Positions 58,092-64,000 of a stretch of DNA of 64,000 nt are shown piece after piece. Source of the DNA: a virus. Each line of letters begins with the position of its first letter. Within the stretch, counting starts at the first letter, position 1. A program made the position numbers and the translations under genes. Below the pieces are notes generated by a model, which was not told where the DNA came from, did no database searches, and saw nothing but the letters and a program-made list of their open reading frames with translations. Location of the stretch: the IMG/VR virus record IMGVR_UViG_3300005077_000565, positions 96,001 to 160,000 of that record. One strand, 5' to 3'.

Positions 58092-58802
58092 TCAGCGTAG
58101 CATGCCTTTGATGATTTTTGCCGTTTCAGTCCAGTCGGCAACCTGATAGACAATGCCACCACGTTCACGAACAGCCTGCGCCAGCGGAAAGTCATTGCCC
58201 TGGGGGTCGGTGCGGTCTCCAAAAAACACCAGATTGTCGTAGCGTGTTAGGTGTTCGACAATCTGACCTTTGTCTTTGCCCACTGGGGAAATATCCAGAC
58301 CGGTTTCACCACCGGCTCGTGCTTCCACAGTGCGACCGAAAAGATTGTTGAATTCAGAAACCAGTCGATCACGCTCGCCAGTGGTACAATCCCAGTCTAC
58401 ATATTGTGCACGTTGCTCCTGATTGGCGTTGCGTCCCACAATACTAAAATTAACTGTGCCGGGGCGATGTTCAAAATGTAGCCCGGCTCTGACTGGGAAT
58501 TCACTGGTGGTCAATTGAATGGATAACCATTCGTGAATAATTTCCGGTAATTTCCACTTAGTGGTATAGGTATTGATGCCACGTTCCCAGATATCATTGC
58601 CACTGCAGTTGAATACTCGTTTTACGTTTTCAGTGATGGTAGTTCCGATCTGCTCGACTGTTTTAGCGTAGTCGCTGCCGGTGGCCAGGAACACATGGTG
58701 TCGTGCTATAAATTCGCAAAAATCAATTCTAAAAGAACCGTTCATGCTTTGTCGGCTGGGAGTCAGAGTACCGTCGACATCAAAAAGATAGGCAGTGGTC
58801 AT
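58092..58802 (-). CDS. HAD-IIB phosphomannomutase (eukaryotic PMM-like)
   Basis: FDVDGTL, GSD, E.R...NFS..GR, GG...DI.P.G.DK, FFGD....GND. Confidence 0.88.
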   Translation of the reverse strand: MTTAYLFDVDGTLTPSRQSMNGSFRIDFCEFIARHHVFLATGSDYAKTVEQIGTTITENVKRVFNCSGNDIWERGINTYTTKWKLPEIIHEWLSIQLTTSEFPVRAGLHFEHRPGTVNFSIVGRNANQEQRAQYVDWDCTTGERDRLVSEFNNLFGRTVEARAGGETGLDISPVGKDKGQIVEHLTRYDNLVFFGDRTDPQGNDFPLAQAVRERGGIVYQVADWTETAKIIKGMLR

Positions 58803-58975
58803 TGTTGTGAGTTATCTCTGGGTTGGTTAATGACGATATCAATGCGTTCGTTCACGGCAACAAAGCCGCCACAGCGTGGGCATATGACGTCGGGTTGTCC
58901 ATGATTTTCATATGAGTGTCCACATTGTGGATTGGTGCAACGCAGTGACCAGGTTGATTTATATTGAGTGTCCAT
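58799..58975 (-). CDS. Small zinc-ribbon protein
   Basis: CTNPQC...CPRC. Confidence 0.6.
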   Translation of the reverse strand: MDTQYKSTWSLRCTNPQCGHSYENHGQPDVICPRCGGFVAVNERIDIVINQPRDNSQQ

Positions 58976-58983
58976 ATTTTTAT

Positions 58984-59235
58984 TTATGAACACTGTTCGA
59001 TAGCAGTAACTCGATCATATCTGAAACTACGCCAGGCCTGAGCATTAACATCCCAGACCACACATACATCGGGATTCGCTGAACGTGTTTTACCTGAAGT
59101 CACAGGCCGGGCAGGTAACAATGATTCCTGCAGTGTACAAGTCATGATTCGTTGTTCACCAGTGGATTTGTTGAAGGTTACAATTACCTGCCCAGCAGTC
59201 AGCTGACTGCGCAGTTCTTCTCGATTAATTTCCAT
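58984..59235 (-). CDS. WYL-like SH3-fold protein
   Basis: F.K..GE.R.M.CT, WD....WRSFR. Confidence 0.75.
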   Translation of the reverse strand: MEINREELRSQLTAGQVIVTFNKSTGEQRIMTCTLQESLLPARPVTSGKTRSANPDVCVVWDVNAQAWRSFRYDRVTAIEQCS

Positions 59236-59237
59236 GA

Positions 59238-59432
59238 TTATTCTTGATTGTTTTCGGAGTATTCAACTACTTCATGCAGGCGCCAGATTCGTGCGGCCTT
59301 CTGCGCAGATTCAAGTGAGTTGTAGATTTTTACCTGAACATCGTCGAAGTTTTCACTATGTGCATCAGTGACATAGATCCAGCTATTACGATCTTCGGGA
59401 TTTCCAAAAGGAATTTTAATTGCATATTTCAT
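59238..59432 (-). CDS. Hypothetical protein
   Basis: 64-aa ORF in operon. Confidence 0.6.
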   Translation of the reverse strand: MKYAIKIPFGNPEDRNSWIYVTDAHSENFDDVQVKIYNSLESAQKAARIWRLHEVVEYSENNQE

Positions 59433-59434
59433 GT

Positions 59435-59848
59435 TTATGTCTGCTCCCGATTAAATTTACCATCCTTTATTTTAAAGAATACCACCGGTCCCGAACTTCT
59501 GATATACTGGCGGCCGCCATCAATCATGGATTCATCAATAAAAAGACAATTGTGGTGAGTCTGTGAATACCAGAAATTGCCCTGACGATCCTGTATCATA
59601 CCGAAGATAAATTTCTCCACTAGATCGGCATTTCTGATATAGACTGTACCAGATACCGTATCTTTGGTTAAACCAAAGTATCGGTTGTTGAATTTTGGAT
59701 GTGGCTTATCACGATAGAATACATCGTAGGGTTGATCACTGGCATCTATGTCAGTAGTGCACACATAACGAACAGGCGCCCCGTCGCGAGCGGAATATAG
59801 ATCCACTACTTTTGCGACATCAAAAATTGGTGCATGTTTGATTTCCAT
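59435..59848 (-). CDS. Hypothetical protein
   Basis: 137 aa, IDGGR.Y.R motif. Confidence 0.7.
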   Translation of the reverse strand: MEIKHAPIFDVAKVVDLYSARDGAPVRYVCTTDIDASDQPYDVFYRDKPHPKFNNRYFGLTKDTVSGTVYIRNADLVEKFIFGMIQDRQGNFWYSQTHHNCLFIDESMIDGGRQYIRSSGPVVFFKIKDGKFNREQT

Positions 59849-59849
59849 G

Positions 59850-60341
59850 TTATAGTTCTACTCCACAAATTTCGACAATGTCAGGGTACTGTAAACACAG
59901 TCGAGTAAACAGTCCACGCTCACGCCCATGAGCTTCAATCTCCCAGGGTAAATCCCAGTAATCCACCATGGCAGTATTAATGCGGCTACCGTTCCAGTTT
60001 AAACTATCTACTACAGATGTCAACTCTCGCATTTCACCACGAGCAAACTGCTTTACATGCACCATTTCATGTGCCAGTGTTTCTAGAACTTCCTTCATAC
60101 AGACATCCGGGTTGTAGGCTACACGAATTTCAAATTCTTTACCTCGATGCGCAGCGTCTACCCAGACACAGTCACCACGCACATCTTCAGTTTCTAGTAG
60201 ATTGTCCACTAGATGAATATACACTGTCAATGAACTATGCAGGCGAGCAGTCATTAATTTGTCAGCATAAAACTTCGCAGATCTGCGAATAATTTCACGC
60301 CGCACCGGCGTCACTGACTTAGATATAACACGTGTGTACAT
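59850..60341 (-). CDS. Zinc metallopeptidase
   Basis: TLAHEMVHVKQ, Y...PWEIEA. Confidence 0.8.
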   Translation of the reverse strand: MYTRVISKSVTPVRREIIRRSAKFYADKLMTARLHSSLTVYIHLVDNLLETEDVRGDCVWVDAAHRGKEFEIRVAYNPDVCMKEVLETLAHEMVHVKQFARGEMRELTSVVDSLNWNGSRINTAMVDYWDLPWEIEAHGRERGLFTRLCLQYPDIVEICGVEL

Positions 60342-60436
60342 AATATGATCAAGTCAAAATTAGTTAAGAATCACTTACAATAAACACAGTCTAGCATGAA
60401 GCCGATTTATTGTCAAACTTAACGAAATCTTACAAT

Positions 60437-60967
60437 TTAAGCAGGTTGTAATAATTTTAAGAATTGTTCTGATCCGCTGGTTACGTTGTCAGACCATTCT
60501 TCAGGATCACCGCCGTCGCTGACATATTTGTAGCTTTCGAAGCGAATTCCCATACGCTGAGCAGCCTTGGCCAGCGCATATCCTTCCATGTCTACTAGTT
60601 GATAGTCATCAGTAGGGACACTAAAACAATCACCGGTGCCGCAGAAAATTTGATCCACTGCGGATGCATTGGCAGTGTGTATTACACGTTCAGTTTCACC
60701 ATAGGTGACGTAATTTTCAGAACCAATTAGACTGCAGTTCATGTCTCGTTGAATAAAGCCGTCGACACGAACTAATTTGCGTCTAAGTGAAATAACTCCG
60801 CCGGCAGTGCCGTAATTGATGACTTCTGTGGTGTCGGGATGTAATAGTAGAAATTTAGTCAACGATACTGAAGCATTGACTTTGCCGACACCGGTGACCA
60901 ACTTACGGTATCCAGCTGGTAAATCTTGTGGCAATTCGGCATTCAGCGCAATTACTACTACCTTCAT
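60437..60967 (-). CDS. MTA/SAH nucleosidase-like protein
   Basis: GVGKVNA, N.GTAGG, TGD.F, DME, K.VSD. Confidence 0.85.
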   Translation of the reverse strand: MKVVVIALNAELPQDLPAGYRKLVTGVGKVNASVSLTKFLLLHPDTTEVINYGTAGGVISLRRKLVRVDGFIQRDMNCSLIGSENYVTYGETERVIHTANASAVDQIFCGTGDCFSVPTDDYQLVDMEGYALAKAAQRMGIRFESYKYVSDGGDPEEWSDNVTSGSEQFLKLLQPA

Positions 60968-61884
60968 CGAGACAATCTTCCCAGTTCGATCATAGTGGCA
61001 CTGAAGTTGATTTCGGGATCTGCAACCTGTGTATGCTTGATCATGCCATTGCGAATAACAATCGCCGCCTCGTCTTGCTGATCCAGAGTTGTGCCAAAGA
61101 AATCTAGATTGCGATACAAGAATGTATAGAGATCGTTATATTCGTCAGCACGTGCGGATTGACAAATCAGTTTACGTGCTTCACGTAGTTTGTTTTCCTT
61201 GAACAACGCCACCATGTTGATACGCCAATCACCCCCGGTGGCCTCGTCCTGCGGACGGCGCAACTGCCCGTCGACCACATTCATCTGTACAGTGTTGATG
61301 GTTTTTCTTAGATCCGGATACGTTGCCTTAACATATAGATCTAGATCTTCAATATCAAACTCTACTGATTCAGTGATCAGGATTTCAGCGATCCTGGCTG
61401 TAAAGTCTACCTGATCCTGACTGGTGATATGGAATCCCTGACATCTGCTGTGGATAGCTGGGATGATCATGTTAGGGTAGTTGCATGTAAGAATAAATCG
61501 AACTACGCTGGCATATTGTTCCATGACACCACGCAGAGCGGCCTGACCTTCGGGACTGATGTGATCAGCTTCGTCCAGTAGGATAACTTTGAATTTACCC
61601 CAGGGCATGGTTTCACTAAATGCTGTGATTTTTTTACGAATCATTTCGACACCATTGTCGCGACTGGCGTTGATGGTCAGAACGTCAGCCTTCTCTACGC
61701 CCAGGTCATTAATTAGTACGCGGGCCAGTGTGGTTTTACCAGTTCCCGGCGCACCACTGAACAACAGGTGCGGGATACCACCGTCGGCAATCCAGCCCGA
61801 CACTTGTCGTTTCTGATTCTCGTCTTTGAACACATATTCACTGACAGTCTTGGGACGATATTTTTCGGTCCAGATTTCTTTCAT
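60964..61884 (-). CDS. Clamp-loader ATPase (RFC/gp44-like)
   Basis: WTEKYRP, GAPGTGKT, INAS, LDEAD, SRC, DLR. Confidence 0.93.
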   Translation of the reverse strand: MKEIWTEKYRPKTVSEYVFKDENQKRQVSGWIADGGIPHLLFSGAPGTGKTTLARVLINDLGVEKADVLTINASRDNGVEMIRKKITAFSETMPWGKFKVILLDEADHISPEGQAALRGVMEQYASVVRFILTCNYPNMIIPAIHSRCQGFHITSQDQVDFTARIAEILITESVEFDIEDLDLYVKATYPDLRKTINTVQMNVVDGQLRRPQDEATGGDWRINMVALFKENKLREARKLICQSARADEYNDLYTFLYRNLDFFGTTLDQQDEAAIVIRNGMIKHTQVADPEINFSATMIELGRLSR

Positions 61885-61887
61885 AGC

Positions 61888-62196
61888 TTACTCGATTGGG
61901 TTTTCTTGACTTTTGATTAAAATTTCGTTGTTGTCCAGTAAGTATAACTTACGGTCACTGGCGGAGTCAACTGTGACACCGCGACTCCAGCGGCCGTGTG
62001 CCACTAGCACGTAGTCGCCCACTGAGACTTCGTCCTGATCAGGACCCACGTGTGTTACCATGAACCATCGCGGCCGGATGCTGTCGGAACTACCATCGCG
62101 CTCCTGAACAACGATACCACCAGAAGTGACTTTTTCGCCAAAGCCATCCACCATATAACCTAAAACTTTATCACCGATTGCTCTAATTGTTGTCAT
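61888..62196 (-). CDS. groES: GroES-like co-chaperonin
   Basis: D.VL, TSGGIV, VG.....V.VGD.VL. Confidence 0.8.
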   Translation of the reverse strand: MTTIRAIGDKVLGYMVDGFGEKVTSGGIVVQERDGSSDSIRPRWFMVTHVGPDQDEVSVGDYVLVAHGRWSRGVTVDSASDRKLYLLDNNEILIKSQENPIE

Positions 62197-62198
62197 AA

Positions 62199-62561
62199 TT
62201 ACTTTCTAAGATCCTTTTCACCAAAACTTCCGTCGCTGTATTCGACTTCTATGTAAGCTGAACCGTCGGGCCGAGTTTTAAATGTCTCGGACACCACCGT
62301 CGGCCCATCAAAATCTTCGGGTGGAGCTACAGCCTCAACTCTAGGTTTAGCATCACTCACCGGGGCAACTTCGGGAGCAAATACATTCTGATGCTGTGCT
62401 CGTGCCACAGCCTGTACTGTTGCTCGTACATTGCCCTGTGCATCCAGACGATCACCACGTGCGTTCATGGGGACATTACTGACCGCGCGAACACTTTCAT
62501 TTTGTTTTGCTAGACCGGCCATGTCAATGTATTTTCCACGTGCCGTGCGTATTCTTTTCAT
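62199..62561 (-). CDS. Hypothetical protein
   Basis: 120-aa ORF in operon. Confidence 0.75.
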   Translation of the reverse strand: MKRIRTARGKYIDMAGLAKQNESVRAVSNVPMNARGDRLDAQGNVRATVQAVARAQHQNVFAPEVAPVSDAKPRVEAVAPPEDFDGPTVVSETFKTRPDGSAYIEVEYSDGSFGEKDLRK

Positions 62562-63076
62562 TTAAGGAACTCCTTGATGTCTAGGTTGTATTTCAGTGCG
62601 TCAATTTTATGAACTCCTAGAAGGAACAGTACATAACTAGCTACACTACTACCACGTCCAACTCCCCAGACTATTTTATTTTCTCTGAGAGTATTTACAA
62701 AATAAAGTAAAAATTTTAAAACTGGATACATGTTACGTTTTTGAAATTCCACCAATTCTGTTGCTACTCGTTCTTGTTGGCTGCCTGTTTTGCACATTTC
62801 CAGCAGATATTGTTCTATATCCAATTGGTGATAATATTCTGGAAGATTCCAGCCATCGACTCCGACACATGCACTGATAAAGTCCGCAGTGGATAATTCA
62901 CTAGCCAGTTCGTATTCGATGCGATCTGGCATGTCAAATAACTCGGAAAACTTGTTAAATCTATCAATCCAGTCATGACTGGAAACCGTGATTTTGGTCA
63001 GAGGGATTCCGTTATACAGATATTGAACTAGGTCAGATTCCTCGACCACCATCTGATAATTGTTGTTCATTTTCAT
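62558..63076 (-). CDS. Stand-alone fragment of DNA polymerase III alpha (DnaE)
   Basis: R...EL, GVGRGSSVASYV.FLLG...ID..KY.L; ends before PDIDxD. Confidence 0.8.
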   Translation of the reverse strand: MKMNNNYQMVVEESDLVQYLYNGIPLTKITVSSHDWIDRFNKFSELFDMPDRIEYELASELSTADFISACVGVDGWNLPEYYHQLDIEQYLLEMCKTGSQQERVATELVEFQKRNMYPVLKFLLYFVNTLRENKIVWGVGRGSSVASYVLFLLGVHKIDALKYNLDIKEFLK

Positions 63077-63300
63077 CCGATTATGAGGTCGTCAAAATCA
63101 TTGCCCTTGTCAGACTGCCGGTTCTGATCCATGGCCATTTTGTCCGTCAGTGTAAATTCCACTTCGGCGATTAGAAACTGAATCTGATTGATGACGCCCT
63201 GACTCATACCGGCACGGTGTGCCTGTACTAGTTTACGTTTCAATTCCTGCTGACGTTTTAATAGTTCAGCGATGCTGTTGTCTTGAATATCATCATCCAT
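63073..63300 (-). CDS. Hypothetical protein
   Basis: 75-aa coiled-coil ORF; promoter at 63307-63334. Confidence 0.7.
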   Translation of the reverse strand: MDDDIQDNSIAELLKRQQELKRKLVQAHRAGMSQGVINQIQFLIAEVEFTLTDKMAMDQNRQSDKGNDFDDLIIG

Positions 63301-63330
63301 GATTCTATTATGAACTAAAATAGTTAATTG

Positions 63331-64000
63331 TCAAGATTTTATTCTTCGGTTATAATCAATGGCCGAACGAATCAGACCAAGATCAACATCGAACAGTTCA
63401 GCAGTCCTGACTATAGCCTGTGTGTCCTTGGGGAAACAATGCCCACCGAACCCACGCTCCGCAGTAACCTTGGTGTGACTGTCACCAATGCGTGTGTCTG
63501 AAGCTACACCTGCAGCCACGTGCTGAAAATCCAAATCCAGAGACTGGCACAAATCATAGATCTGATTAAAGAACGCTACTTTGGTTGCTAAAAAACTATT
63601 TCTGAAATATTTGATCAGTATTAATTCTTCAGGTTCGTATACTTCCACCGTAACATCCTTTTTAAGAGCAGTGGTCAATATATTAGTCCAGAATTTAACA
63701 TTGTCACCACCAATCAGCAGTGTTGATGTATTTTTAAAATCTTCAGTGGCAGTGGCCGCTCTTAGAAATTCCGGGCAGAAGGTAAATCGACGATCAGGAA
63801 ATCTAGTGCGCAGTGTGCGCCAGCCTTCGATACTAATAGTACTCTTAATTAAAATAGGTACGTCGGCGCATTGTTCAACTACAGCATAGACATTGTCCAT
63901 GTAACATTCGCCAGTTTCGCTCTCAGGTGTGCTGACAGCGATGATCACCGCATGCGCCTGACTTAGATCAGCAGTATGGCCCAGACGTGGGTCATGTACG
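63331..64000 (-). CDS. UDP-glucose/GDP-mannose dehydrogenase family protein (5' end outside window)
   Basis: IKST, PEFL, K...N.FLA.K..F.N, D.RIG, GFGGHCFPKD. Confidence 0.9.
   Translation of the reverse strand, partial: VHDPRLGHTADLSQAHAVIIAVSTPESETGECYMDNVYAVVEQCADVPILIKSTISIEGWRTLRTRFPDRRFTFCPEFLRAATATEDFKNTSTLLIGGDNVKFWTNILTTALKKDVTVEVYEPEELILIKYFRNSFLATKVAFFNQIYDLCQSLDLDFQHVAAGVASDTRIGDSHTKVTAERGFGGHCFPKDTQAIVRTAELFDVDLGLIRSAIDYNRRIKS

Noticed and set aside
1-64000. Many plus-strand ORFs of 60-165 aa opposite minus-strand genes
   Set aside because: Antisense shadows of well-supported genes, with no RBS or motifs
1-64000. tRNA genes, CRISPR array, integrase or IS elements
   Set aside because: No cloverleaf, repeat-spacer periodicity, recombinase or transposase seen; intergenic gaps are short

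Overview
A 64-kb segment of a large (jumbo-type) lytic dsDNA phage with T4-like replication and late-transcription features. The host is probably Gram-negative, since an i-/o-spanin pair is present. Genes are densely packed, almost all on the minus strand, in the standard genetic code; TAG is almost never used as a stop. Contents: nucleotide metabolism (thyA, folA, tdk, HAD nucleotidase, MTA/SAH nucleosidase); replication (PolB, sliding clamp, clamp loader, T4 RNase H-like nuclease, a stand-alone DnaE fragment); a 7-deazaguanine DNA-modification locus (queE, yhhQ, folE, glycosyltransferase, dpdA-like transglycosylase, QueD-paralogue) interleaved with cytidylyltransferases and radical-SAM genes; a MoxR/VWA pair; a GH19 endolysin; modular head-internal-type polyproteins; uvsE between two GIY-YIG homing endonucleases; virion structural genes; clpA, dnaJ, groES, infA, phoH; and an early region of small hypotheticals. 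Two promoter classes are visible (sigma70-like TTGACA-N16/18-TANNNT and T4-late-like TAAATA). Best leads: (1) polyproteins built of 40-80 aa modules joined at hydrophobic-X-Glu / QGVAEG linkers, with an out-of-frame junction at the linker DNA; (2) a QueC-less deazaguanine pathway coupled to a glycosyltransferase; (3) an unnamed ~95-nt structured RNA and several structured leaders; (4) a DGQH ParB-like + HNH cassette bracketed by related palindromes. All calls are from motif reading only; no searches were run.
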